Assembly: GCA_016748015.1 (NCBI GenBank)
Contig: JAAOMT010000098.1
Location: 325,635 to 389,634, forward strand
Direction: 5' to 3'
From: Geosiphon pyriformis uo1
Lineage: Eukaryota > Fungi > Glomeromycota
Length of the DNA stretch: 64,000 nt
Part shown: positions 1-14,600 of the stretch, piece after piece
How the letters are laid out: every line of letters starts with the position of its first letter
Position numbering within the stretch: position 1 is the first letter of the stretch
Notes under the pieces: model-generated
The model's database searches: none
What the model was told of the DNA's origin: nothing
The model's input: the letters and a program-made list of their open reading frames with translations, nothing else
Translations under genes and position numbers: made by a program

Positions 1-1410
1 AAATTGGTTGGATGCAATAGATATATACATTGCAGAATACTGCTGCATAATCCGTGAATAAATTAATTTAGGATTTGAGTCACTGTAAAATAATCAGCAT
101 CCATTGTTTGTATCTGGTGCAGATTTCTATAGAAGCATCCCAAGTAAGTGGTAACAGCTTTAGTTTCCTTTTGTTTTATGGTAGTGAAAGTGTTGGCTAA
201 CTGGTTAATGCTGTTATTGTTGCTAAAGTATCACAGAAATTTCAGCTTGAAGGCATTAAAATCTTGGGATTTGTTGACCAAGCTTTAATACCAAGAGTTA
301 GCAGTATTCTGGAGAACATATGAAATGGCTTGCATGGCTTGTGCCTCATTCCATCCATTGGCTGCAATGGCTTTTTTTACATTATTCAGTCACACTTGGG
401 CATTGTCTTTTTTGCCAGTAAATTTTTTGAGTTTTGTTATTGAGGTGTAGGCCATTGGATCTAAGTTTGGTTGTTGTGATAGTTGAAGTAATAATTGCTG
501 AGATAGTATTGACAGTTGTTGAAGTTGTTTAGCAATTGGATCAATTGGTTGTTAATTAATGATGATTTCTGAAGGTAAATTTTGCTGATTAATTAACTTG
601 GAGTTTGAATTGTTTTGAGTTTGCTGGGTTGAATATTCAGAGTTTCAATTTCTGGATTTTTTGCAATCAGATTTTGATAATTAAATTTTTGATCTTTTTT
701 TTTCTTTTTTTCTAATGCCATTATCTCCCAAAGACTTGTGGTTCCGAAATCTGGTAGAAGTGGTGGTAATCAGAATTCTGATGGCATTGGTGATTGCAAT
801 TTAAATCTTTCGAAGTAATCATCATAGGTTCTTAATAATTCCACTTTCTTTTGTTTACTTTGAAATAGTAGTCATCCAAATGTTGATGTTGTGTTTGATA
901 TGAACATGCTTGCTGATGTAATATTGATGATACTTCTGGGTGTGTAATAATATGATAGATATAGTGGAGATTCAATTTTTTGTTTCTTTCTCATTAGTAA
1001 TTGTATTTTTTTTGGAGTTGCTGCTAGTATTTGTAACTTTTTTTTGCTTTTATCTGCATAAGTAATAGGGAATTGTTGTTGAATGTATCTTTTAATTTCT
1101 TGATTAATTTCTCTGATAATTGGTGCAAAACTGTGATTTTGTGGTAAACTGGTATGTTGGATTAATTCTGTATAGAAATTTTTTTTTGTTGATTCAATGT
1201 CAACTGGTCTTCTCAAAAAATCTGTGATTTTTTTGTTGATGTAAAAGTTGAAAGCTAATTTTACTGGATAATAATTGTTGGTTAATCTCAATTGTTGGCT
1301 GTACTGTTAAAATAAAGATTTAGCAAATCCTAAATGGTTTGTCCCTATTATTTCTGATTCTGTCACTTTTGGATGATTGTTGTTAGTGCTGGTTCTCTGT
1401 AGAATTATAT

Positions 1411-1426
1411 CTCACAGGAAGCACCA
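1411..1426 (-). promoter_or_regulatory. Primer-binding site of E1
   Basis: TGGTGCTTCCTGTGAG lies 2 nt after the LTR CA; TGG is complementary to tRNA CCA. Resembles elongator tRNA-Met or Ile(UAU) 3' ends (tentative). Confidence 0.8.
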
Positions 1427-1428
1427 AA

Positions 1429-2297
1429 TGTTACAAATGATTACTTGGGGTCTTAAAGCAAATAACAAACTCATAACTTAGTGCTTAATTGATATATTAA
1501 TGTTGGTTTCTGGAGATTAACTGTATCTGAAGGTTTTTGTGTTCTGAAAATTTTGGTTGAGTCCTTTGTATAATAAACAGAGATTCAATAGTTGTTTTTC
1601 AATTGTCTCCCAGAATCACAATTCTATTGAATTTTTTTCTTAGTATGATGGCCAATAATCTTTCTGGTAAGTTATCTTCAAATCTATGAGTTTTTTACCT
1701 TTGTTTCACAGGTCTTTTACCAGTTTCTATGACATCTATAACTCAGCACTTTTTAATCCTTAATCAATTAGTAAAACAAAAAAAATCACAAAGAAAATAA
1801 AAGAAAATAAAAGAAAATAAAGAAATAAGCCAAGACAATTGTAATTTAATATCCCATCAATAGCCATAATCAAGAGCTATTATTCTAGTGTGTTTAAGTA
1901 TTGATTACTATCAACATAAAGAGTTGATAATAAAGAGTAGATTTGAGATAGTGAATAATTTTATATTGATATTTGTGATGTAGAAAGTTGCTTAGATCAA
2001 ATCTAAACTGAGAGATCTGTTTTTTCTATTTCTAATACTATTGCTATATATACATAATTAAGATTTTCCAATTCCTCAATTCTTCATACCAAGAATTCTG
2101 AAATTCCTGGAATTTTGTAATTCCTTTGAGAGAAATCCTGGAATTCTGAAATTCTGTTATTCTTTGTACAAGAATCCTAAAATTTCTGAAATACTGTAAT
2201 TCCTCTTAAAAAGAATCTTAGAATTTCATATCTACTATGACTACTTTTGATTGGCTAATTTATATATTAATATACTTTTTATATTTTATGAGTAACA
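1429..2297 (-). repeat. E1 5' LTR (GGAATTCC-array subtype)
   Basis: TG...CA ends; shares the TATATATAGC box, R hairpin and 3' end with the other LTRs. Confidence 0.9.
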
Positions 2298-5200
2298 ATG
2301 AGTATTTTTTTAAGTGTCTTAGTGCTCATTTTCAGGCATTGTTAATTGGAGTCTTTTTTTGTATTTAATTATTAATCAAAATCGTGTACTAACACATTTT
2401 GTTATACATTTTGCCTTGCCCAAGAATGTTGTTTCATATTCTTTTGTCAAAAAAAATTGTTTTATACATGAAACAAGATTTTTTGTCTCATTTTTTTTGT
2501 CACATTGATTATTCAAAATGTTTAAGGATACATGGATAACAGTAATATTTTGTTGTTATGAGCCATTTCTTATTATTGCCACAGCATGCACTTATTAATG
2601 ACAATTTCTTGCCACAATCAATGCAAACTAACTTTGCCCAACAATACCGTGAGTTGGCTTGAAGAGTAGTATATAGAATATAAGTAAAGGTAGCAGTTGA
2701 AATGGGTTCTTCTCTTTTTTTTCTTTTTTTTTTTCTTTCCAGTAAAATACAGTTGGTAATTTGTTGGGTTTTTCTTTAGCTCATAAAACTTGGTAGGCTT
2801 TCTAGATAGGTTTTTTTTCTTTTTTTTTCAACTTGATTAGTGGTTGTTTGTTGGTAGTGGTCTTAAAATAACCACAAATAGTTGGTACTTATATGTTCTG
2901 GCTGTTTTGGTTTAGTTGTAATTTTTGGGTGTTCCAGTCAAGCACTGTGTTGGTTTTGAACAGCCAGTTATTACCAATAAAAGCTTGGTACTGTGTGGCT
3001 TCTACGATAAGAACTTTTATGGATGCAATAATACCATTGACTTTAAACAGAAAATCATTAATCTTGCCAATAGAAATTTTAGTTGCTCTATCAGCTGTAA
3101 TAATTCTGGCACTAACAGCATGATTAACTCAATAACCTAATTGGTTCATAAGTTGTCATATAATAATGCTGCCTGCTAACTTATTATTAAAGATTAGTTT
3201 AATAAACTGACTATTAACTTTGGCATCAATGTACATTGTAGTAATAAGTTTAATATTTAGGATAGCTCTATTAAATAAAAGAATTGTTAACTGTTCCTTA
3301 AGTTCAAAAGAAAAAATAGTGGCTAGTAATTCATCATTAGTAACAATTGCTAGAGGTATGTTGTTTGTAAATAGTTGCTTTTGGTTGGTTTCCTAATAGT
3401 TGGATAAAGTAATGTCTGAAATGACAAGTAAGATTAAATAGTTCTGAAAACTTGGGTTTTAAGTGTACTCATTTTCTGAACTCTGCAAGCATGATTCTGA
3501 TGGCAGTTGTGATAAGTTGGGAATTAGTTGGTATATTATTATTACCAATCTTCAGTTTTGCTGTGTGTGAATGATTCTTAGTCTTTGGTTTTCAAATGAC
3601 ATTTGAGCTAAGTTTTGTGGCAGTATTGGAATAAATTGAGATTGATAAATAACTGGAACTGGGGTTTAATAAATTGAAGGTGCATATATTGGTTGTTGTG
3701 TTATTTGCAGATAATAAATTTAATATTAATCTTAATTTGGAGAATAATTTAAAGTTTGAAACTGGCAATTGGAGTTTTGATATTGGTTTTCTAATTGTTA
3801 ATTATTGGTTCTAGTGTGGCAATTTATTTTTATATGGTCTTGTTTATCACAATTATAGCACATATGTGTCTCTGATTGCCATGGTTGATTTGCTGTAGAT
3901 GATAGATGCAATTAATTTTGAAATTAATTTGGGTTTTTCTGGTTTTTATGACATTGTAGTGGCTAATAAATTGCTTAATTGTTGTTATTAGCTAAGTATC
4001 TTTCTATATTTTAGTTGATTAACTTACTGAATTGCTTCAGTTTAGAATCTAGTTCAAATAATTTATTTATTACTAGGTTTACAGCTTGGGCATAATTGGC
4101 TTCTAATTTAGCTGATTCAAAGTCTTTAGCATAGGTAACTGTGTTTTAGAGCATATTTGGGTACATTGAACATATTTGTTGTAATAAACTGCTATATAGG
4201 CCTCAAATAAATTGATTTAAGATCTGTGATACTGTAAAATAGTCAGCTTTAATTTCTTGAATCTGGTGTAGATTTTGGTGGAAATGTCTTAAGTAAGTGG
4301 TAATTGCTTCAGTATTTTCTTGCTTAATAGTAGTGAAACTAGTAACTAAGTGATTAATACTGTTATAATTACTAAAATACTATAAGAACACAACTTTGAA
4401 CACATTAAAATCTTGAAATTTGTTTACAAAATTTTAGTACTATGAATTGGCTGTATTCTAAAGAAAATATGAAATTGCCTAAAAGGCTTTGATATTGTTC
4501 CAATTATTGGCTACAATTGCTTTAGTAATGTCATTTAATCATGTTTGGGTGTTATTTTCTTTGCTGATGAATTTTTTGATTTTAGCAATTGGTGCATAGG
4601 CCATTGGTTGTTGTTGTGATGACTGTTGAGGTTGTAGTTATTGTTAGGACATGACTATCAGTACAACTAATAGAGAGTCAATTACAATTACTGGAGATAA
4701 ATTCTGAAAAACAATAAAGGCTAAGTTTGAATTGTTTGGGTTTTACTGAGTTGGAACAATCAGAGTTTGAATTTCTGGGTTTTTTGGGATTAGGTTTTGG
4801 TTACTAATTCTCTGATTGCTGTTTTCTTTTTTTTTAGAGTTTGTTATTTTTCAAGAACTAGTGGCTTCGAAATTTGGTTATGGTAGTAGTAATCAAACTT
4901 CTAATGACATTTTTAATCACGAATTTAATTTTTTGAAATAATTACCATAAGTTCTCAATAGTTTAGCTTTTTTCTATTTACTTTGGAATAAAATTCTGGC
5001 TAATGGCATTTTTATATTTAATATGAACACTTCTGCTGATGTTATGTTAATAGTATTTCCAGATATGTAATAATAAAATGAGTATATAAGTAAATTGACT
5101 CTTGGTTTCTTTTAAGTAGGTGGTTGTATTTGCTTTGGGGTTTCTGCTGTTGTTTGTAATCTTTTTTTTTCTTTGTTTGCAAAGGTAATAGAAAATTTTT

Positions 5201-6421
5201 GTTTGGTATATTTTTTAATTTCTTTGTTTATTTCTGTAATTTGTGGTGCAAATAGATAATTTTGTAGAAGTGTGATGTGTTTAAACAGTTCATTAAAAAA
5301 ATTGTTGAAAGCAGATTCTGAATTTCTTTGACCTCCCAAGTAGTATACAATTCATTTATTGACATAATAATTAAAAGCTGATTCTGCTGGCCAACTATTA
5401 TTTATTAATTTAAGATAATTTTGGTAATGTTAAAATAAGGATTTTGTAAATCTTAGATAGTTTGTCCCTATTTTTTCTGATTCTGCTACTGTTTTGGATG
5501 ATTGCTACTGGTTCTTTACTAAATTATATCTTACAGAAAGCACTAAATATTACAGATAATTATTTGGGGTGTTGAAACAAATAACAAACCTGTAACTTGA
5601 TACTTAATCTCTTAGATAATAGATAATTTTTAAAGGTTTTGGTTGAGTTCTTTGTATAATAAACAGAGATTCAATAGTTTTTTTAGTAGCCTCCTAGAAT
5701 CACAATTCTGTTAATTTTTTTCTTAGCTTGGTGGTTGGCAATTTTCTGATAAGTAATCTTTAATTTCAAGTATCTACTCTCTTACAGGAGTCTTTTACCA
5801 GATAATTCTTAATATTAGTAATTCAGTGCTTGATTTTTAATCAATTAGTATACAACAAATAAAATAAAAAAAGAAATAAAATTAAAACATAAAAGAAATA
5901 AGCCAAGACAATTTAAAGATTAGTATTCTATCAATAACTGTAATCAAAAGCTATTGGCTTAGTGTAGTTAAGTATTGGTAATTATCAACATAAGTTGTTG
6001 ATAATGAAAAAATAGATTATGATAGTAACAAGTATTTTATTGATATTTGATGTTTCCATTTCAAGTCATAGAATACTATCATATAAAAAAATAAGTATAA
6101 GATTGAAACTAAAGATTCTAAATTAAAGATTCTGTTTTTTCTGCTTTTAATACTACTATTATATATACATAAATTTTATTGTATGAGATTCCTTGAATTC
6201 TTCAATTTTTTAGTTAGGAATCTTGGAATTCCTGGAATCCTGTAATTTTTTACAAGAAATTTTGCAATTCTGAAATCCTGCAATTTTTTATACTAGAATC
6301 TTGTAATCCTGGAATTCTGTAATTTTTTTGAAAAAAATTCTAAAATTCTATTTTTATTATATCTTATTCTAATTGGCTAATTTATTTACTAATATATAAT
6401 TTCTATATTTTATAAATAATA
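2298..6421 (-). mobile_element. Gypsy copy E2 (5' LTR, gag, protease, Cys-rich region), interrupted by E1, inserted into E3
   Basis: Degenerate LTR 5548-6421, PBS ~5531-5545. Reverse strand gives gag CA, a CCHC knuckle, PR and Cys-rich homology up to the E1 junction. Confidence 0.85.
5548..6421 (-). repeat. E2 5' LTR
   Basis: Transition-mutated termini; GGAATTCC array ~6188-6350; TATA box and R hairpin 5981-6005. Confidence 0.8.
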
Positions 6422-8184
6422 ACAGTTACAGTTATGTACTCATAAATTCAGCTAATAAAAAAAATGTCATTTACTACTAAAGAAAAAAACTTTAAATTTA
6501 ATATAATGTCTTTTAACTTAACTAATACTCCAATTATTTTCTAATAACTAATAGAAATTATTTATACTAGATTATTATAAAAAACAATAATAATTTACTT
6601 AAATAATACTAATATGTTTTACAAAATATTTAATAATCATTTTTATTATTTCTAATAAGTACTTAAAATATTAAGAAAAGTATAGTTAAAATTAAATACC
6701 ATTAAATAGTTTTTTGGAAAAACAGAATTCAAGTTTTTGGGACATATTATAAGCAAAAATAGTATAAAAACAGATTCAGATAAGATTAAAATCATAAAAA
6801 TTTTTTAAAGTCCACTAACTTAACAGGATTAAGAATATTTTTGGAATTTGCAAAATACTATTGTCATTTTATTTAAAACTTTTCCAAATTAACTTAACTA
6901 TTTTATCAGCTTTAAGCCAAAAACATCTAGTATAAATAGACTAAAAAACAATAAAAAGCCTTTAACATATTAAGACAAAAACTTATTTAAGCTTTAGTAT
7001 TAATATATTAAAACTATAGCAAATTATTCATTATTATAACTAATACATTAAGCCAAATATTAATAACAGCATTATTGCAAAAAAAATCTAATTAATAAGA
7101 ATATTTAGTAATATATATTAGCCAAAAAAAATTATAACACCCTAATATTAGAATATTTAATTATTTACTGGGCTGTTATCAAATAAAAAGAATACTTGAA
7201 TCAGAAATTTAATATATATACAGATCACAAAGAATTAATATTAATTTAGAAGCAAAAATTTGTAGATAATTATTATGTTAGATAGAAAATAAAACTGTTA
7301 CTATTTTTATATATTATAAATTATAAAAAATAAAAAATAAATAAAAATGCTGATAATTTGTTACAAATAAGACAAATCTAATAATATTTTAACCAAAAAT
7401 ATTAACAACTTCAATATTATATTAATATTCAACAATTTAAGAAAAAATTGTTTTAAAAAGAATAAAAAAACATAAAACAACAATCAAAATATATTATTTT
7501 AAAAAAACAGAAAAAAACTAAATCAGCTATTTAGAATAATTACAGAACCAAAAATAAAAAACAATACTGTTTAACATACATTTAGATTCAACAGCAAAAC
7601 ATTTTTATAAAGAAGCAACCATAAAAAAAACTTGAAAAAGATATTATTGGTTAGTAATATATTTAGATATTATTTAATATATTCAAAACTATAATGTTTG
7701 TCAAAGAAAAAAAGAAATAAGATCCAATAAATCACTAAAATCAATCAAAGTAAAATAACTATTTGATTGAATTGAATTTAACTTAGTTAGACTATTAATA
7801 ATAATTAGTAAAGACAACTAATACATAACAGTAATTATAAATTATTTTACAAAATAACCAAAAGCAAAAACAATTCAAAAAGCAGATACAAAATTCATAG
7901 CCAAATTTATATACCAAGATCTAATTTGTCAACATGGATATTTAAAAGAATTATTATCAAACCAAGAAATTCACTTTGTTAATAGAACACTAACAGAATT
8001 AAGTCAAAAATTTGGAATCAAAAAATTATTATCATCTCTATACTATCTATAAAAAATAGTTTAATTAAAAAGTTTAATAGAATATTGTACAAAACAATAG
8101 CCAAAATTAGCCAAAAAAACCAGAACAAATAAGATTTGTTTATATTATTAATATTATTTGTTTATTATATAATAAAACAAAATA

Positions 8185-8788
8185 CAAAAGATGTCTAAAA
8201 GTTTTTAAACAAGATTTTATTTAACAATAATATTTATTTTTTTATAAAATAAAACAAAATAAACAACATATTTATAATTTTATAGTAATTTTCTAAATTT
8301 TTTATTAAGTATTATTAAATATTTAAGTCAGCAATATTTTTGGTAAGTAAATAAATATGGATGTCCTAAATAAGGTTTTGAATTAATTAAACCAGTTTCT
8401 TTAATTGTTTTATTGTATCTAAAACTGTTGTCAAGCTATAATTGACTATGTTAATAATATTATAATATTTCTTGCTATGCTGTTATAATAAGCATATAAT
8501 ATTACATTAAGCAATTGTTAATTCTTTTTTTGCTTCTATTTTGTTTTAATAAAAACAATAAAAAAAATTTTATATGTATATTAAATTTTATTTTTATAAA
8601 AAACGATTATAAATAAAATTGATTATGTGTGTTATGAAAAAACATTATATATGTGTGTTTAAAAAATAAAAAATACATAATTAAATAATAAATTAACTTA
8701 ATTTAGTAATAAACTTGTGCTTTTTTAATTATTCAAGCATGTAGAATATTATTCCAAAGTTTGTTTGGAAACTTTTGAATACTCTCTG
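8185..8788 (-). mobile_element. Internally deleted Tc1/mariner-type DNA transposon
   Basis: TA duplicated on both sides (8183-84, 8789-90). ~28-bp degenerate TIRs: caaaagatgtctaaaagtttttaaacaa / ttgtttggaaacttttgaatactctctg. Host integrase resumes after removal. Minus-strand remnant TTVLDTIKQ/KETGLINSKP..G.P resembles a Tc1 N-terminal HTH region. Confidence 0.8.
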
Positions 8789-10064
8789 TACTATATAAGC
8801 AATATTTTTTAAATTAGTTTATGGTAAAATAGCATTATTACTAGTAAAAATAGATATTTAAACATATTCAATAGAATCAATAACAGAAGCTAATTTTCAA
8901 AAAACACTATTACAAAAAACATATGACTTAATAGAAACACTAAAAAATAAAAAAACAACAGTAGTTGATAATATACAAAAAGTACAAAAAAACAAAAAAA
9001 GACAATATAATAGTTAACTATTAGATAAACTAGTTGAATTTAAGATTAAAAACAAAGTATTTTATACTATACCAAAAAAAAAAAACAATAAAGTAAAAAA
9101 TTTGATTTTAAATAAAATAGTTTATTTTATATTGAAAAAATATTAGAAAATAGAGCATATAAGCTAAGATAAAACAACAAAATTTTGACTAAAGCAGCAT
9201 ATAGTAATTGACTAAAACCATATTATAATATAGTATTATCAACTACCAATAATATTTCATAGCTAAGAGTACAAAAAATATTAGTCAAATCAAATAAAAT
9301 TCTATAAAATCTAAAACCAATCATAATTATTAAAACAAACATATTAAATTAATTTATCAGAACTATATATAAAAAACCAATACATATAATAAAAGCAACA
9401 AAAAAAATGAAAATTACAGACAATATTTACTTTCTAGCCCAACAACTATTCTAACTTATTAAACATCAGAAATTGAACATGAAAATTACAATTAATTAAC
9501 AAACTATTTAATATAAAAACACAAAAAAAAACCAAAACTTTGATACAATTTACAACACAAAACAAATATAAAGTTTAAAAATATAATAAATAATATAATA
9601 GCCAAAGTAAAGATATCATTAAAAATATTAATAATAACAGTATTATATAGTAAATTAATTAAAAAAAATTGGAAATAATAAACACAACAATTTTTTAGAA
9701 ATTTTTGTTATTACTACTTAAAACAAAAACTTAATATTCAAAACTTGTATATAAATAAAACAAGGCAGATGTTTGACATAACAATATTACAACAAATAAA
9801 ACAATTTGTGAGGAAAAACAATTTATCTACACAAGTATAAATAATATATTAATTACAAGCAGAATTCCAAGACTGTTTAGAAATACTGTTACACCAACAA
9901 TAAACACAATAATTATTAACCAATTAGGAAAGATTATCAATATTTAATTCAAAAAATTACAAACCAGAACTGTTTAAGTAATTCTAAAAAAAAAGTAATA
10001 GAACTAATTTAAGAAAAAAATTTAGAAAATCTTAACAGAACTTAATATTAAAAGAAGAGAATAA

Positions 10065-11605
10065 TATTATTTATAGAAAAATAAGAATTATAATAAATAA
10101 AAAAAAGTAATCAATAGAAAACCAGCATAGTAAAAAAAGAAATTTCAGAATTTCAGAATTTCTCTTAAAGAATTAAAAAATTTCAAGAAATCTTGTATAA
10201 TAAAAAATATGTATATATAATAGTAATATTAAAAACAAAAATAATAATCTATAAAATTTAGACAAATACTTAGAAAAGTTAACATTAAAAATATTTTTCT
10301 CTTCATTATTAATAATTATTATTACTTAAAATAGAATTATATTAAATAAAATTATCCAATTTAATTATTTACTTTATATTATCATATATTGATTGAAATA
10401 CTTATTGATTATATTCTATCAGTAACTAATACTAATAATATTTAATACTTAATCACATTAAAATAATAACTTTTAATTATGACTATTAATAAGATACTAA
10501 TTTTTTATTTTTTTCTTAATTTTTTTTATTTTATTTTATTTTATTTTATTTTATTTTTTTGGTTGTTTACTAATTGATTAAAAAATTAAGCACTAAAATA
10601 TTGACATCAAAAATAACTTGATAAAAAATCTATAAAACAAGGATAAAAACTTAAAAATAGCTTATTAAAAAAGCATTATTATTCATAGAATATAAGAATT
10701 ATATATTAGTATCTAAATAAGCCAATCAGAATAGACATAATAAAAGTAGAATTCCAGGATTTCTCTTAGAAAAATTGCAAAATTCCAGAATTACAGGATT
10801 TCAGAATTTCTGGCTAGAAAATTAAGAAATTTAAAGAATCTCATATAATAAAATTTATGTATATATAGCAGTAGCATTAGAAGCAAAAAAGACAGAATTC
10901 TTAGTTTTAAAATCTTCAGTTCTAATTCTATATTCATTTTTTTATACAATAGTATTCTATGACTTGAAATAGAAACATCAAATATTAATAAAATATTTAT
11001 TACTATCATATTTTATTTTTTCACTATTAACAATTTATGTTAATAATTGTTGATACTTAACTGCACTAAACCAATAGCTCTTGATTATGAATATTAACAG
11101 GATACTAATTTTTTTTTGTCTTGGTTTATCTCTTTATTTTTTTTTATTTTTTTTGTTTTGTGTATTATATACTAATTAATTAAAGATTAATATACAGAGT
11201 TACTAATATTAACAAAACTAGTAAAAGATCTGTAAAACAAGAGTAGAACACTCATAATTAAGGATAACTTACCAGAAGAATTACCAGTCACCACACTAAA
11301 AAAGAAATTTAATGGAATTGTGATTTTGGAAAGCTATAAATAAACAACATTTAAATCTCTGTTTGTTATACAAAAAACTCAAACCAAAACCTTCAGATCA
11401 CAAAAATTTTTAAATATTACCAACTATATTAACTATTAAGCACTAAGTTACAGGTTTGTTATTTGTATTAACATTCCAAATAATTATTTATAACAGCATA
11501 ACTGCTAAATTAAATTGGCTATTACATTGAAAAAAAAATTTAAAAAAAAAGCTATCAATTAAATTTCTGTTTATTATACAAAAAACTCAAACAAAAACCT
11601 TTAAA
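10065..11605 (+). repeat. E3 3' LTR, split by a solo LTR and truncated at ~11605
   Basis: Follows the PPT; LTR homology resumes at 11500 after the GCAT duplication and stops before the LTR 3' end. Confidence 0.75.
10677..11495 (+). repeat. Solo LTR with 4-bp TSD GCAT
   Basis: GCAT at 10673-10676 and 11496-11499; full-length LTR with no PBS or PPT adjacent. Confidence 0.9.
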
Positions 11606-14600
11606 TTTTAATCTTGCTGTTATAAGCACAAAAAAATATATAATCGGAATCTTTTATTGTTCCATACCAGATGCAAACAACACTTGAATATCTTAAGTTA
11701 TATATCTTTTTTTTTAGCTACCAATAAACAATGGTATAACACTTTTATAAAGTATGACCAAAGTGTTGCTAATGCAAAACTGATGGAGCCAGATCGAATT
11801 TTTCTGTTAGAATACCAAACATTAAAGGTCTTAGCCATATTAAAACTACCATAAAAATTTATATTCATAATGCTGCCAATACACCTGGCTTTCTACCTAA
11901 CAAAATTAACTACATTGAATAATTTTTTAGCAAAATGACAAGCATTTTCAGAAACAAGTCTGCTTTTAATACTAAAAAAACAATATGGCATCACAAAAGA
12001 TAGAAAGAACTTAAAAATAACTATGATATTGGCATAGAAATTGGCATGCTCATTACTAATATTGTCAGAATAACCCTTGACTTTTCTTCAAATAACCTAT
12101 AAACTTTTTCTTGAAATAACCTGACAAATATGGTTTTTTCAATTCAGCATTTGTTATAAAAGTCAGAACCAAATACACTATTGTTGAAACTGTATATGTC
12201 TAACAAAGCTTGGCTGTCCATAAACAAAGTAACTGGTCAAAATATAAGGACACACTCCAAAGCAAGAGCAATAACTTGTAGCTCTATTAAAGTCAAGAAT
12301 AGCAACCCATTTATTTTTATTCCAACACTAGTGTCAACATTCAAAAAATAGACAGCAGCACCACTATAAGCACTTAACAAACCCAAATCTTTAACAGAAT
12401 TATCTGTGTAAATAGTTATAGAATCCAATTCAGAATCCAGCAAATGCTTACTAATATAGCTAAAATTACAAAAAAAATTAGCAGAGATGGAACAAAAAGA
12501 CAACAGCTTACTACTTGACAAACCACTTTTACTGATAAATTTGACCAAAAAAACAAACCAGACAAGAACTGGGTCTTTAGAGTCTAGCTTCTTTTATTTG
12601 TAAAAAGTGTTCTATATAAAATACATACTGCAATAATCCAAAAACTGGTTTACAAACACAATACTATACTTTTTAAGAAACTTTACCACATTCAAATAGA
12701 ATTCTGAACCCAGTATATCTAGCACTACAATTTTATTCTGGTCTAAAAAACATCAGGCAGATCACCATCCAAAGACAGATTACACAAATTAAAAGCACAT
12801 ATTACACTAGTCAGAAAACAATTCATTAGATCAATTAACAACTTGGTTGAAACTTGGAAAGAGTGCCAGAACATTCAGCTAGTGGTCTGTAGCTCTATGG
12901 CTCTGTATTCAAATAACTTTCTGAAAATTCTATCAGTATTAGCAAAATTAACCAAACTAGCCAACAGGTTTTTAGTTAACACTTGCTCAAAAGTCTTTAA
13001 ATCATACAACTCAAGATAATTCAAAGCTTTATTTGGAAAATCCTTGGACAGATTGGCCTTGAGCTTTAATTTTTTCTTCAATATTGTCTCACTTCTCATA
13101 CACACTTTTTGAAACACAATTAAACTGTAGTTTATAGTTAATTATAAGCTATAAAATAGCAAAAACTAAAAACAAAAACTGTTTTTTAGTGATGGCCTTT
13201 TTCAAAACCACATTTGAAAAGAATCTAATATTTGAATAAGCTTTGGTTAAGTTCAGCTTGAACAGACTATCTGTCAAAAAAAAAATTCTTAAGTATTGAT
13301 AAGACTTATATCTTTTGGCTATGGAAATACTAGAATCACTAATAGACAGCAAAGCTTCTTTGGCTCCTTGATTGATAGGAATAGCAACAATTTTGTCTGT
13401 ATTAATTGAAATATTATTGATTAAAAAAAACTCACTTGTAATGTTCAAAATACATTATATAGCTGTTATGCAATTTCCAACTCAAATAGTGTTATCTACA
13501 AAGGCACCAGCCACGAAAAAGAAGCTCTGCCATCTTTAGAATCAATTTTATTAGTCTTTGTAAAAAATTTTGAACTTAATCTGTAACCATACAATTGTTT
13601 ATGTCTTTTAATCTCACAAAGCAGAGGATCATAAAAAATCTTCTATAGCAATGACAAGAAAACTTCTTCTTGATTCAACTTATCATAAACAGTATATTTA
13701 TTAATTAATTTAAAGTTTGTCATCATTCAGTTGGTCTGATCATTGTGTATACTCCCAAAAAACTTTATAAAATAGAGACATATTTTGATTTTAATTAAGC
13801 TGTTTTACAAATAAAACTACCTGACTGAGTTATAAGTCTTTTACATGTTTTAAAGAACTAATCACAGCTTTTTGTTTTTCTCTAGCATATTTTTGATAAT
13901 AAAACCAATGACAAAAATTGGAGTTTAAGTGAATGTATTCTTCAGAACTAAGAAATTGTTATTATATAGAACATTAAATTCATTGCAAGCTAAAGATATT
14001 CTATCAGAAAAGATTTTGAACAGTATCTTTTCTGTCTTAATTAATGCTATAAGTCTGGTATTGGTAAGTGTTTTTTTTCAGTTATATGGCTTTGATATTA
14101 TAGAAATCCAGGCCTGTTTTTACTGTATAGGCACTATATTTAACACTAAATATGTATTAAAAATATCCAACAAATCACTTAGAATCTGAGCATTTTCATG
14201 CTTCCAAAGTTCATTAAGAATACCAAAAATGCCAGCAGCTTTCCTATCAGGCAGTTTTTTGATCACCAAAAAAAACTCATCAGACTTGATATTACACATA
14301 ATATTCAAAAATATATTATTATTGACATAGTCTAAAAAGACATATTGATTAGACCAATGAGCAGACAGAAAATTAAAGACAACACATTTTCTTGTCTACT
14401 ACTCCATAATAACATCAACAACAGACTTAATTTTACTAGGCACCAGAATCAAGTCATTATTTACTATTAAATAGTCAAGCACTACCTTTCAAAATAGCCA
14501 TTCCAAGACACTTCTAATCATATGTTTTTTATTAGAACAAAAGTTTTCTATGTATTTGTCTATTGTCTTTTTAATAAAAACATTTTTGATAATCTTAGAC

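Larger units (their letters stand above)
1..2297 (-). mobile_element. Ty3/Gypsy LTR retrotransposon copy E1 (5' LTR, PBS, gag; rest lies left of the window), inserted into E2
   Basis: Minus-strand LTR with TGTTACTCAT at 2297 and GTAACA at 1429, followed by PBS TGGTGCTTCCTGTGAG. ORF 872-1291 matches the Gag N-terminus of the other copies (AFNFYINKKI...FYTELIQHTSLP). Confidence 0.9.
6422..11605 (+). mobile_element. Gypsy copy E3, most decayed: RT-RNaseH, integrase, ORF3, PPT and truncated 3' LTR
   Basis: Collinear with pol at ~31620-34695 after allowing G>A/C>T changes. PPT-like aaaagaagagaataa precedes the LTR start at 10065. Interrupted by Tc1 (8185-8788) and a solo LTR (10677-11495). Confidence 0.85.
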
